DNA of 64,000 nt from Octopus vulgaris (GCA_951406725.2 OX597820.1:93558001-93622000); one strand, 5' to 3'. Shown: positions 24,614 through 39,868, counted from the stretch's first letter. Program-made: numbers and translations. The notes: generated from the sequence alone by a model not told the origin.

Positions 24614-24903
24614 ATTAATATATAATTAATTAATCATTAAGCAAGGATGATTCAGCAAGAGGATGTTGTGTTAATATTTAACAACAAATGCTAGTCTTGA
24701 GCTAAGGAAAATGGAGACAATAGATATTATCATGTTCATCTGGATTTTAACGGGAGGTTCAGTGTGTATCTTATCTGCTAAGGAGATTCCTCTGCACATA
24801 CTCATGAAACTATATCAACACACACATTCTCACACACACACGCACGCATATGTGTGCATGCACACACACATGCATGTATGTATCTATATAAATGATACAT
24901 ATA

Positions 24904-25112
24904 CTTTATTTAAAGCAGCAGAAAATTCAACAAAATCTGTTACTCTGAGTTTCTCGTTGCCGTTCATCAGACAGTTTTTGCTAGAATGGAACCGATATAT
25001 CGGTTCCCAGATTTTGTTGAATTTTCTGCTGCTTTAAATAAAGCATATTACTCTACCACTGGTATTTGAGTACTCTTTTTTCCACCTTGTTTCACATTTA
25101 TGTGTTTACTCC
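24904..25112 (-). mobile_element. Short Penelope-like element with 36-bp inverted arms and a minimal hammerhead
   Basis: Arms 24904-24939 and 25008-25043 are perfect reverse complements. The minus-strand motif actgt CTGATGA acggcaacga GAAA ctcagag TA acag lies at 24936-24975. A 20-bp palindrome GGAACCGATATATCGGTTCC marks the junction (24988-25007). Confidence 0.7.
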
Positions 25113-25213
25113 GGTGTAAATGATACATATATACATATATGTGTGTAATATATGTATATATATGTTTGTATATATTCACAATATATACATATATGTATTT
25201 GTATTTATTTATG

Positions 25214-25259
<46 letters not shown>

Positions 25260-25354
25260 CCTATTTATAATACATAAATATACATACATACATACATACA
25301 TACATACATACATACATACATACACTCACACACACATACATATGTGCACATTAC

Positions 25355-26078
25355 ATATGGTCAAACCTCGGCTAGCTAAACATCAATTATCTAAACTGTG
25401 GGATATTTGAATAAGTTGTCAAGGTCCAGTGAATATTATAATTGGTCTTATTGTGTGTAATCTGATCTCATGAATATTTCTGGTGCATCCTTTCATTCTT
25501 TGTTGACAAGTATTAAAAGCAATCTTTTGAATAATTGAAGAACATGTAAAAATGTTGCATCAAAGTGGTGTTAGTGAGTGACGTTTGTGCGACATTGTAT
25601 CGTCTGTTCATGGTTATTAGACTGTTCCACTTGTCAGTCAGTCTGCTCTGCTTGTTTGATATCTGTCAGTCACTTTAGACAGTTTTAGAAATAATTTTAA
25701 CTCATAAATGTAACCAAGATGCTGAAGGATATAAAAATCATGGCATAATCATTGATGTCTTCATTCGCTTTATGAATTTGTTCTGAGTGTGTATCTGTTA
25801 CAAGTAAATGAGTATGATGCTGTTACCATGTCTGTGAAGAGAGGGTGACCACCAGTTACAATTAAACAAAGGAGCATGATTTTACAGCATTCAGACTGAG
25901 TTGAAAAGGCATCAAAGACTGTATAAGAGTACATTTGTTGGCTGAATAACAAAAACTCTGTAAATACACTTTTTCATCTAATTATGTGCAATATGGTTTG
26001 TTTATGTTTCTGATCAGATTATTTATCCAGACAAAATACTCATTGCATATCTCATTTAGATGGTTAAAGTTTAACTAT
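25355..26078. mobile_element. Possible pogo/Tigger-like non-autonomous relic
   Basis: Degenerate inverted ends TATGGTCAAACCTCGGCTAGCTAAAC / ATTTAGATGGTTAAAGTTTAACTATG. Confidence 0.35.
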
Positions 26079-26099
26079 GAGTACATATATACTGGGGCA

Positions 26100-27306
26100 A
26101 CGGAAAATTATAATAACAGATTCTAGCATGGGCACAAAGCCTGAAACTTGGGTGAGAGGTAAGTCAGTATTATTGACCATAGTACTTGAGAGGTATTTTG
26201 GCAAAGTTGATTCCAGCAAGAATCAGACTCAGAATATAAAGAGTTGCAACAAATACTGCAAAGCATTTTGTCCAGTACTCTAATGATTCCTCTTTTGATC
26301 CTCTACCCTTTTGAGAAAAGTACTTGACTGGTACTTCATTTTATCAACCTCAGAAAGAAGAAAGGCAAAGTTGCCCCCAGCAGGATTTGAACTCAGAATA
26401 TAAAGAACTGGAATGATATTGCAAATCATTTTGTCTGACACTCTAACAATTCTGCCAATCCGATGCTTTTTGAAAGTAATAATAATAATAATCATCCTTT
26501 CCACTATATGCACAAGGTCTGAAATTTGGGGGAAGGGATTAAGTCGATTATATCAACCCCAGTGTGTAACTGGTACTTAATTAACTGACTCTGAAAGGAT
26601 GAAAGGCAAAGTCAACCTTTGCAGAATTAGAACTCAGAATGCAGTGACAGGTGAAATACTGCTAAGCATTTCGCCCAGCATGCAGATTCTGCCAGCTCAC
26701 CACCTTAATAATAATGATAATAATAATAATAACTCTCTTGTGAAAATTTTAACCCATAACTTTCAAATGCAAAATATTTTAGTCATACGCCATCCTACTA
26801 TTAAAATCCTGTTATCTTGCTCATCCTTTCTTATATTTTTTACCTCCTTATGTAATTATTATCTTTCTTTCATTATTTTTCTGTTTTCTAAAGTGATACC
26901 CTACCATAGTTCTCTGAATCCAGTCTCAACCAAAGAATATCAGCAGTTATTTCTCTCTTCTTTCTAAATATTTCTAAAATTTAAACATATATTTGTCTTA
27001 GACTTTTGATACTAGTGTTATTATTTTTATTTTATTATTGAATCATTTTTTCTTTGTCAAACTTTAAAATTATTTTGCTTTGAACCTTTTTTTTTTTCTG
27101 TCATAGCAATATTGATAGAAAAGATATTTCACAACTGAAATAAAATAAAAAAGAGAAAAGAAAAAGGAAATCAAATTAGATTATAACTACAAAACACTTC
27201 AAATAATTATGGCAAAATATTTATATGTGCATGTGTGTATATGTATATATGTATATATATATATATGTATGTATATATATATATACATACATATATATAT
27301 ATATAT

Positions 27307-27349
<43 letters not shown>

Positions 27350-28783
27350 TATATATATACAATCATTTATATACATACACACACACATATATGTATATAC
27401 ATACAAATATTTATACACACACATATATATACATACATATATTTATACACACATACATATATATATATACATATACATACATATATGTATATATATATAT
27501 AAACACACTCAGAGATATGTATGTATATATATCATATATAGCATATACATACAGATGCATGTATGTATATATGTGTGTGTGTGTGTGTGTGCTTAATTAT
27601 GAATAACAAAGAAAAGAGAAAACAAAAGCAAAAGAAAAAATCAATCAATCAATGAAAACTCAATATAACTGATGTTCATTTGCTCCTTTTCACTAAACAC
27701 GCAGGCCATATTTATTTCAAAAGGGATCTTTCGATCAGCAATGGAAACTTTTCTAAACATGTGGCCTTCACTTTGTATTATATGTCAATTGTTGTCAAAA
27801 GTATTATTAATATGTTTTTTTAATTAATTAATAAACATAAGTATTAATAGATTATTTTGACCCTCCCAACATACAACAATAATGATATAATAGTTGTTAT
27901 AATGTTTGGCCTTGAGCTAGCAATTTTGAGGGGAAGGGCAAGTTGATTACATCAACCCCAGTACACAATTGAATCTATATTTTATTGGGCCTGATGGTAT
28001 TTGAACTCTGAGCATAAAGAGCTGGAAGAAACGCTGCTAAGCGCTTTGTCCAGCATGGTAATGATTCTGCTAGCTTACCATTTTCTAAATGATGACATAA
28101 TTCTTTCTAAAGTAGGCACAAGGTCAGCAATTTTATAGATAGAGGTCAGTCAATTACAATGACTCCAGTGCTCAACTGGTACTTTATTTTATCAAACCTG
28201 AAGGGAGCAAAGGCAAAGTCAAGTTTGGCAGCATTTGAATTCAGAGAAAATGCTGCTAAACATTTTGTCTAGCTTGCTACCTTCTTAATAATGATTATTA
28301 TAATATATAGATATTATCTAACTACATAATGGAATGATGTAATATATAAGAATATATTACAGAGGGAAATTATGCTGACAAATAATTGAAAATACAATGA
28401 AATTAGCCATTTTTTTTTTGATGAATTTAAAATAGTTTATGTTATCAAATTTCAATTAATATCACAATTTATTTGTTGTTATTCCAATGAAACATGTTTG
28501 AATAGTTTTCTTGTTACTTATGAAAAATAGCAAAAATTCCTAATGATTTCCTGTAAAACATTTTCAAATTAATGAAAGATTAACAAAAAAAGTAAGAAAA
28601 AGATGAAAAAAAAATGGGAACATAATACAAACATAGGATCTGATATCTCTCACTTTTTTCATATATTTTTGTTATTTTTGTTGATATAATTTTTTTTCTA
28701 ACTGTTGTTGATGCTGTTGCTGTTGTTTTTGTTGATGGAATTTTTGTAATATTCTTCAGAAAATACAAGCAAAAATATTCCAA

Positions 28784-28831
<48 letters not shown>

Positions 28832-29069
28832 TAATAATAATAATAATTCCTTTTACTATAAGCACAAGGCCTGAAATTTAGGGGGAGGAGGATAGTTGAT
28901 TTCATCAACCCCAGCACTCAACTGGTACTTTATTTTATCAATCTCAAAAAGCTGAAAGGCAAAGTCGACCTTTGCGGAATTTGAACTCAGAATGTAAAGA
29001 ATTGGAAGAAATGCCACTAAGCATTTTATCCATTCAGCATGGTAATGATTCTGTCAACTCACCGCTTTC

Positions 29070-29109
<40 letters not shown>

Positions 29110-29363
29110 TAATATTGACAATGATGATGACGATGATGATGAACAGGGGAAATAAAATTTACAAAATCCCACAAGGCTTAACAATGAAGTTTGTTCGCTC
29201 TTTGGCAGTGGTTAAAACTTATTTAAGAAGGAAATACTACTATTGAGAAAAGGGAAGAAAGATTTTTTTCAAAAAATCAGAAATGAAAGCAAGATGTTTA
29301 TTTTTTGTAGCACAAAATTACTCTATATAGTAATTAGATCATCTTTTTGTTTTTTTTACCTGC

Positions 29364-29395
<32 letters not shown>

Positions 29396-29498
29396 GTTAA
29401 AGAGATCAATTTTTTCCTATCCCCAAATAAACTAAGAAAAATGAGGCAGGAGAAAAAAAACTAAGGAAAGAGCTCTGATAAATTATCATTACTGTTAC

Positions 29499-29539
<41 letters not shown>

Positions 29540-30136
29540 GACTTAGCAAAAAGGGTATCTCCAAAGACTTCATCATTAGATTTGCTTGTGTTGACTTTAT
29601 GGCAATAATATACTATTAATTCTTTCCAGACCGTCATTTAATTGCATTTAGGACCCTGAAAAGGATGAATGGGTTTTTAAAAAAAAATAAAAGAAGAAAA
29701 GAAAGAAACAAATAAATACTTTTCAAAAAAAGTGATGCAAGCATCTGTATTATTATTATTATTGTTATTATTATTATTAAATATATGTGAGATAACGAAG
29801 AAGACATTACAAGAGAGAGGTGCCAACTGTTTCAACCAACCGACCAACCAACCAATCAACCAATCAACCAAAGGAGAGAGGGGTAGAAATTGTTGAAATG
29901 CCAATACAATTAATAATAGTCTTTTCAAAGCAGAAAAATATACAGAATTTCCACCAGATATTTTTTTTTTTCAATTATTATTTTTATGTTTTATGATGTT
30001 TTGTTTTTGTTTTTGAAGAAATATGATTTTTTGATTGCATATCAAGATTGAATAGCAAAATTTAGAGAAGAAAATAAAAACAAAATTTAATAAACCTTGA
30101 AGAAAACAAATATCAATAGGGAAGAGGATAGGTAAG

Positions 30137-30175
<39 letters not shown>

Positions 30176-31171
30176 TACACAAAATAATAATAATAATGAT
30201 AATAATTTCTGATTTAGGCACAAGGCCAGCAGTTATGAAGGAAGAGGATCAGTTGATACATCGACCCCAGTATTTGGTTGACATTTTTTTTTATTGACTT
30301 CCAGAGGGATGAAAGGCAAAGTCGACTTTAGCTGGATTAGATCTTGGAACGTGAAGAGCCAAAAGAAATGCTGCAAATTTTTTTTTTCCTGATGCTCTAA
30401 TGATTTTGCCAATTCATCTTCCGTTTAAAATAATTGTTTCTTTCTAAAATAGACATGATGTCAAGAATTTAGAGGACGAAGTAAGCCAATTACATCAACC
30501 CCCAATATATGACAAGTACTTTAATTTATCAATCCCCCCCACCAAAAGGCAAACATGACCTTAGCAGTATTCAAACTCTGAATGTAAAGAGCTGGAACAA
30601 ACATTGCAAGGAAATTTTTTTTCTGATGCTGTAATTATTCTGCCAACCTGCTGCCATTTGCCAAATAATAATGATGGTGCTCCAGCATGGCCCATGCCTA
30701 ACAGCAAAAACAAATAAAATAATAACACTACAAACTAATGCTAAAGACACTGAACATTTTTTGTAAGGGTTTGGAAAAAAAATTCTTCAGCCAAAGAAAT
30801 AAATTTTCCTCTCTTAATTTAATGATGTTTTTATTGTGATAAGTATTATTATTATTATTATTATTAGTTCTTAAAATACCTTTTACTCTCTTCTCTGACA
30901 CAACCTAAAAAGAAAATAGCCATGTATTTGCCCTATTTATCTACAATGAGAATGATACTGTGTAATTTCATTTATAACCATTCATAAATGAAAGAAGACA
31001 TTTTAAAAAGAAAAGTATAGAAAAGAAAAGTTAAACTTTTTTTTATGGAATAAAGAAATGTTGTAAATAGTTGAGGAGCAACTTCTAACCCTTTAACTAA
31101 GATACTGATATATAAGATACAACATAAGATAATAAATAGGAACATGATTTTGATGAAATATATTGAGTTAC

Positions 31172-31220
<49 letters not shown>

Positions 31221-32651
31221 TTCACACACACATGCATACATATACATTCATATATATGCACACACACACACACACCACATATAAATATGTGCATTTATAT
31301 GTACAAATGTGCCACTCTTCACCCCCATGCACCATTGGTTATCTCTCAAGCCTTATCCATATTTACTAAATTCACCCCTAAACCTTATCCAGTCTCTACA
31401 GTTGTCACCTACTCAGACCTACCTCAAATTCTTATCATCCTCTCAGCATTTGTTCTTCATTCATTATATTCACCTTACTCATCTATTCTCCATCTCTCAT
31501 AATCCCATGCACACTTGCAAACTCTACCTGCCCAAGCTTCTGGTTCTTCTATCCACTCCTACTTACCTTGTACCTTGAATGAAGGTCCACACAGACATCT
31601 ATCACATTTTTCGTCTCTTTCCCACTTTACCTTGATCATACCCCACCCTCTCTTAAGTGTGTGAGTCATCACGTAGCCCCTCTACAGCAAGAAAACTGTT
31701 GTTTAGGCTCCTTCTCTCATACTTGAACTCCTCATCTCCAAACATAAAACCACCTCTCTTGGGATTCATAGACTTGCAAACTGCATGGTCACATTACTAA
31801 CTATTGGTCATAAAAAAGTCTCCAGTATGCAACACAAAGTTTTTGGTGTTAGGAAGGGCAGTAGAATGACAAATAATACCAAGATAGACAGTGGATCATG
31901 ATACATTAGGATTCATCAGATATATATATATATGATTATTCTACTGGAGGCAAAAATTAAAATGTATTTTGAGTTTGGGATAACTGTTTCTTTATATATA
32001 TATATATGTGTCTCTTTATTCTTTTATTCCATCTTTAATTCTCAACTTTCATTGCTTCTTTCAAGCACATGTTGATTCATTCATTTTATTCATTTCATTC
32101 ATATGTTAGACAGTATTAAACAATATGCAAAGATGAGTAAATGGTTATCATAAGCTTCCCCCACCAAAAAAAAAAAAAAAATTTAAGATACCAATATTAA
32201 AATGTGGGTTGGTGGTAGAAATTAACAAATTAATAAAAAATATATGCTGAATATACGAAAGATGGTGCTCCAGCTTGGTCTTTGCAACCATGGCTAAAAC
32301 ATACTAAAAAACTATAAAAAACAGATTATAACATTATCTATCATATAGATTCTTATTTTCAATTTAAGCAATAAACTTTCTTTTTGTTTTATTGTTTTAA
32401 ACAATCATTTTTGTACTTGTTTCATTAATTACTTATATATATATATATATATATATATATTAATCATAGTATACGCCTCCTCCACCACTCCCACAAACAA
32501 AAACAAGAAAAAATACATTTTGTCGATTTTTGCAGGTTTTTTTTAAAAAAATTAATTAATTTGTTATTCTAAATTATTCTAATGAAATATATTTATGAAG
32601 TTTCAATTTATGTATTTATATCATAGAACCAATTTATATATATATATACAC

Positions 32652-32684
<33 letters not shown>

Positions 32685-33373
32685 CATATATATACATTTA
32701 TGTATGTATATGTGTGTGTATGTATAGATATATATATGTGTATACATACACACATATATGTATATATGCATATGCATAATATATAAATATATGGGTATAT
32801 GCATTTATTTGAATATTTTGAGCATTTGTACAGAACAGTTCTTTCATTGGTTCGTTTCTCATAATGTCCTTTTTTTGCTTGCCCTCCCTGTGGCATATAG
32901 TGAAATTATTATTATTATCATTATTATTATATTATTATGATAAGATCTTGGGTTGACTGTATAAAGGAATATTTGTCATCAATATGAGTCAATGAGAATT
33001 CACATGAACTGACAAGAATGTTTGCATATATATATACATATATGTGTATAGAGTTGTGTAGTTTGCATGAAACATTGTCTGATATATATAAATGCTATTA
33101 ATTCTTTTATAATAAAACTCAAAAAACAATGTAAGTTATAAAAAATGATACAGATCAATGACTTGTATTTCAGTATTTCAGAGAAATGGCTTTCATGAGC
33201 TGAACAGAGAAGTCACCTCATAATATCATTTCTTGAAAGATATCCTGAATAATGTCTTCTAATCTTGAAATAATGAAATACAAGGTAAAATAGGAACCAT
33301 TGACCTGTATTTTCTTTTACAACTTGCATTGTTTTGATTTTATATAAAAAGAAATAAATAATTTAAAACATGA

Positions 33374-33430
<57 letters not shown>

Positions 33431-34840
33431 TATGCATACATATTGATTTATTTAGACTAATCTAGGGGCCTGGTAATATGGTGTTTCATAGCTTGCAGGA
33501 AACCAACACAGGATTTAGTTTGAATTGATTGAAGAAGCAACTTATATGATAGGACTGGACATAAAACACAATTACACCCTACTCTTGTTTACTGTATTTC
33601 ATCTCTGGTTCAAGACTTGGCATTGGGTCTATGTGTGTATGTGTTGTTACGCATATATGTATGTACATTTATTTGTGTATGTGTAAATATGTGAAAATTC
33701 TTATGCCTAAATGTAGGAGTTGAAAATATTACCATTTCTGGTTGATCAAACTTTCGGTTTAAAGAAATGTAAGATGTTTTTCTTTCTTTTAGAAAAATTA
33801 ACATTGAAATGGATAAAATGGGAAAATATCCTCAACTCTATAGTAAGAAGGTTGCTACCAAAACATATATATATCTTATGTATTTATGTATGCATGTATA
33901 AGCATGTACATATGTATATATATGTATTTATATTTGTATGTATATATTATATATATATTTATTCTCAAAAGTTGACTAAAATATTCAGCAGATATTTTTT
34001 CTCCAAATATAAAGATTGATTATTTTGTATCCTTGGATATTTAGTCAGATATTCGGTAATCTTGCAAAACATACTTGATCTGTTGGTGATGATGATGGTA
34101 GGTGATACATTTTGGAGTCTTTCCTTTCCCGAATTCTTGTTCTTTGCAACTCCATTCAAACTATGGTTTAGTGAAGATACGAAAATTCTTTAGTATCTTT
34201 AGTATCACAATTTTTGTGCAATGTTTATTGAATGACAATTCCTTTGTGCTTTCCTGTGTTTTTTTTTTTTATTTCATATTTTGTGGAATAAAAAATCATG
34301 GATGTTGTCATGATACAACCTGTGTTAGAAACATGTAAATTCTGATAAATGTTTGTTATATGTAAGATAAACAGGGTTACGTAAGATTATTTTCCTCAAC
34401 TCTCTGACGAATATAGTTGACTGAAAAAAAATCAAACGAGAAACTGAATGAAACCTTGATATAGATATGTAAACCTGTTTACTTTAATGCATGACAAATA
34501 TATATCATATACACAGATATTTTAAATGTTTATTAAGGTAAACATAAAATATATAGCTGACACTATGAGATTTTGGATAAATATAAACAAATGCCTATTG
34601 TTATCTCTTCTGTGGACTGAAAAAAGGGAGAGTGACTTGGTTTCAAACTGAGTTCGACTCATTTTTAGAAGTCATGTGGTTGTATGTTTGTGTGCATGTG
34701 TGTGTATTTTTGTGTGCCAAATGTATCCTGGTTGTAAAGATCCAATATTTGGATGAAAAACAGGTTTAACCCTGGAATTATTTGAACTTAGAACATGAAG
34801 GGTTGCAACTGAACATTATAAGGCATTTTGTCCAATACTA

Positions 34841-34871
<31 letters not shown>

Positions 34872-36170
34872 AATTGCTTAAGGCCAGCAATTTTGAGGAA
34901 AGGAGTATAGTCGATTGCATCGACTCCAGTGCTAGACATGTACCTTATTTTATCAAACCCCAAGATGAAGTTGACTTTGGTGGCATTTGAACTCAGAATG
35001 CAAAGAGCCAGAAATGAAAATAATAATAAAAAAATAATGATGATTTCTTACATAGGTACAGGGCCATGATATTTTATGAATGAGAATTATGTTGATTAAA
35101 ACCGACCTCAGTATATGACTGGTACCTTATAAAAAAAAGTAATGAATTTATAAAATTCCATTGAATAATAATAATAATAATAATAAAAATAATAATAATA
35201 ATGATAATTCCTTTATTTGCCACATTGGGCAACAAAGATACCACATTACAATAATTATAATTAAAGTGAGCAAAGGGTAACAATAAAATTTTGAAGAGGG
35301 TGGGGGAGGGATGATGGTAGTAATGATTGTTTTCATTGATTCTGTTAACTTAATGGACATTATAGCAGTAATAGTCGTAGCTGTAGTAGTAATTGAAGTA
35401 GTATTCTTAAAGTTCTTGATGCTAGGATGGCTGACCTGGAGTGGGTAAAAGGGACATAAATTTCAGGTGATTGTAGGTCCTCAATTAAAGAATAGTAGAA
35501 CAGCAGTGGTAAGGTGACTTGATACTTCTTTTAGGATTTGCAAAATTCAGTCTATACATATATGTGTGTAAGCATGTATGCATGTATGTATACGTGTGTG
35601 TGTGAGAGTGTGTGTATATGTTATTGTATTTAGAGAAAGATAGACTGGTGGAGGAGCATAAGTAAGATGTTAAGTCCATTGAAAGGAGTGAGAGAGGACA
35701 CTGTTAGCAGAGATAGATTGATAGAAAGATAGATAGACAGAGATATATAAATCATTTCTTGAGACACGGTTATTGCAACAATAAGCCCGTTGTACTTTGA
35801 TAACAATATATATTCATATATATTGCACATTGACATCAAACACTATATATATGTGTGTGTATGTGTGTATGTATATATATATATATATAAATTATATATA
35901 ATACAAATATCGTAACAAAAAGTAGTAAAAAAACATTCCATAGCTTAATAATAATCCTTTCTACTACAGGCACAAGGCCTGAAACTTGGTGGGAAGGGGG
36001 CTAGTCGATCACATCGACCCCAGTACTCAACTGGTACTTATTTCATCGACCCCTAAAGGATGAAAGGTAAAGTTGACCTCGGCAAAATTTGAACTCAAAA
36101 TGTAAAGATGGATAAAATGCTGCTAAGCATTTTGTCCAGAGTGCTAACAATTCTGCCAGCTCAATGCCCT
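26100..36170 (-). mobile_element. Cluster of about ten CpG-decayed OR-like SINEs, all on the minus strand
   Basis: Copies near 26110, 26310, 26495, 27905, 28105, 28850, 30210, 30440, 34880 and 35950 share GGCAAAGTCGACC..GGATTTGAACTCAGAA, and most sit in (AAT)n runs. Confidence 0.8.
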
Positions 36171-36786
36171 AATAATAATAATAATAACAATAATAATAAT
36201 TGTAATAACCAAAATAATTGTGATAATGATGACATTATATATATATATATATATATTTCTTTTTTTTTTTTGAGCTTTTCCTGAATTTTTTTATCCATTG
36301 TTATAATCACCATATTTCCCAGTTTTCAAAGGGTGGAGATTTGCGTCTGTAAGTAATTTCACTCATTATTTTTCTCAAATTTATATTATTATTATTATTA
36401 TTAATGTTATTATTGATAATAATAATGACGATAATGAGGTTCTTCTTTTATCATAATCAGCATCATCAGTATATGATTTTATTTGCATCATAAAGATAGA
36501 CTCTCATCATCATCATTTAATTGATTTCAATTTCTTGTGTGTATGCGCATGCATGTGTAGAACGTATGTATGTGTTTGTGTGTGTGTGTGCATATGTGTG
36601 AAATATAGCTGTCATAAGTGGTAAAATATTTAAATGTCTTAGTTTTAATGATTTTTTTGGTGCTTTTTCTTTTATTTTTACACATGAAATCACTAATAGA
36701 ACAACAATTGATCAAGAAGAAGTCTCCTCAAGAAAATTAAGAGACAGGAATGGAGAGGAGGATACTCCATGAGAGAGAGAGAGCAG

Positions 36787-36841
<55 letters not shown>

Positions 36842-39837
36842 TAGAAGAATGTGTGAAAGAGTGAGAGATGTGAACTGGAAAGAGATTGGCCAAGAAGATA
36901 AAAACAATAATAGTCATTTTAAAAATAAATAATTAAGCTCTAATAATTGAATCATTATTTCAACCCTAGTTTGTTACTGGTACCTATCTTACCACCACTC
37001 CAAGAAAAAGAAAAAAAAATTGATCATGACAAGTTTTTGCACTTGAAGCTGTGAAATACCAAATTAGCTACAATACAGCACCTTCACCATCTTGGACATA
37101 ACCCGCCATCATTAATAACATTAATTATTGTTTTAAGGTTTAATTCATTGAAGTGAATCCCTAGTATAAAACTGGTATGTAATAAATCAAACTTGGAGCA
37201 GTTAATATCAAAGTTGACCATAGTACAATTTGGAGATTGGACAAAACTAATGTAAGCAATTTAGGTTTCATTGCCATTTGTTGCTCCACTAGTTTATGAT
37301 GAAAGCTTTATTATGTTTTTATATATGATGCCTCAAATCTTCAAGGGAAAAGGTTAATGCAAATTTACAGCATTCATGAATTTCCCAATACTGTAGAAAG
37401 CTTTAATATTATTATTCTGTTGAGTGTTTGATATCAATCTCAACACCAACTGTCTGTCCAATAGCATAAGGACACCAGCAACAACCACTATGTTATATGT
37501 CTGTATATGGGAGTCTGTATATATGTATGTGAATATAGAGATTCCTCTGCATATAACAGAGGAAAATGTGAAAAAATGCAGAGGGAGAAAGCTTGAAAAA
37601 AAGAGAAAAGCTGGAAGATAGAAAGACATTAAAAGCTGTCAATAGTACCCAAGGTAACATGTATATAATGTTCACTACTTCTCCATTATTTAAAAATTTT
37701 CTGCTAAAAGGCAATCGCTAGATTATTTTATTTTCCCAAATATTTAATCAACTTAATTTTTCTGATATATATATATACCCATACCATTTAATATTTGGAT
37801 TATATTTCTGTGATAGTATGTGTCTTATTCTAAGTATGTATATTAACTTTGAGAAACTAATTCTTAATTTTTTTGGAATTATCTCCCCTTTTCTTTTGGA
37901 GTTACTAACAGTTGTTGCCATGTTTTCTTTTGTTTTCCCAACTAAAAAAAATTCCAGTTAAGAAATTTTTACTTGAAATATTCAGTCCATCACCTCATTA
38001 ATTTTATGTTTTGATAGTCATGAATGACACAACACTGATTTATCACCGTTTGTTTTTCTTTTGTTTCAGCTAGATTTTGTCATAGCTTGCATTAATGTAA
38101 TCAACAAAAGGTAATCTCTCCATAAATCCTATCTCACCTATCTTAGATTCAAGATGTTGGAGATAGGAAAAAAAAACAGATCCTAGATTTAGTCTGAATA
38201 TGTATAAAATATGGCTGTACAGAATGATAGAGAATTTTTTTTTTTTAAATGGTTAAGAAAAGGAACATTCATAACCTGTAGCCCTTTCCAGGGTCTCTGA
38301 AACTGATGAGAAGAAAGTAGCAGAGTCCTACCACAGATGCTTAAAACAGAGTGGATTCTACTCAAAGATCAAGAGATCCTACAGTAAGGAAGAGAGAAAG
38401 ACAGAGAGAGAGGAGAATGTGTTTAGATATATGACTTGCTCTTTTCAAAAAGAGGTCTTCTCTTTCTTCCCATTTGCCTCATCCTTAGACAATACTGAAG
38501 CATTTATTTGTTAATGTTGTTGTTGCTGCTGCTGTCCTTATTTCTTGCTTACATCTGCGCCCTTTTCTTATTATTGCAATAATTATTATTATATTATTTT
38601 TCCTACTATATCAAACCAGATTATTAGTCGGCAATAATGGATGGTCTTATAAATATATAATTATGCAATTGCTTTCTATTACTATTACAGTATTATTATC
38701 ATTATTATTATTAATGCCACTGTTTTTATTAATATTACTATGCGCTTTCTAAAAAGAAGAAAAAGATACGATTTCTTTTATTATTTATCTATTTTATTTT
38801 CCACTTACATAATATTTACTGTTTGATAATAAAAAAAAAGGAAACATTTTGATAATAATGATTAAAAAAAAATAATTTTATCAGATTTTATTCATACATA
38901 CATTATTTGTTTCATATGCTTTTATTTTAAAATTTTGTAAGGTTTGAGGGTTGATTAATTCAATTCAAATTTTTTTTTTATTATTATTATTTAATAACTT
39001 TTTCTTTTCCCCTTCAGGTCAACAGAAATAGTCACAACCAAAAAAATGCACAGCGTCCAGAAAAAAAGCTAACTGCAAATACTGCGTTTTCAATACACAT
39101 CATGCACATTTTAGCTGCAGTCTATGGCTTTTAGAACTGAACAAAACTTCTTAAAACAAAAAAGAATTTAAAATAAAAAATATATTTTAAAGAAGTGGCT
39201 GCTGAAGAGGGACATTAGAAAACAAAATGTTTCAAAAGGTGAGATATGAAAAAAACACAAAGAAGGGAGTGGGAAAAATGAGGGAAGGGAATTCCTTAAA
39301 AGACAAAAAAAATTTTTGTTCTGCACATTGTTTTTATATAATTTTTTCCAATTTCTTTCCATTCATTAAAAGAAAAACAGAAAACTCCCCCAAAACACCT
39401 ATATATGTATGTGTGTGTGTCTGTGTGTGTGTGTGGATATGTGTGTGTATGTTTGTGGATATATATTTTCTATAAATGGCTAGTAGCTGCTTTATTTTGG
39501 AGCATGTAATATTATTAACATGACTGCAGTTGTAAAATGTTTTCCACAAATTAGTTTTGCCAACTTGTGGCTTGCTTGTTTGTTAATTTTTAATTTTTTT
39601 TTAAAAAAACTTTTTCTAAAATTTGACTGTATGTAAATAATTGCCAAAATAATTTTATTTAATTTTCAGTTTGACATTAGGCATTATTTGCACACATTTA
39701 CCATACATAGTTTGTTAGACACCATTGCATGATGGGAATTTAAACAAACAAACAGTAAAAAAACCCTCTACAAGCTGGAAAAACTTGATGGAAAACAGCT
39801 AAAATTATATCCTAGTCATGTTTTAATACAACATTTC

Positions 39838-39868
<31 letters not shown>

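Noticed and set aside
31300-31800. Pyrimidine-rich ORFs that could be exons
   Set aside because: No consistent splice sites or domains; probably a heavily decayed LINE fragment.
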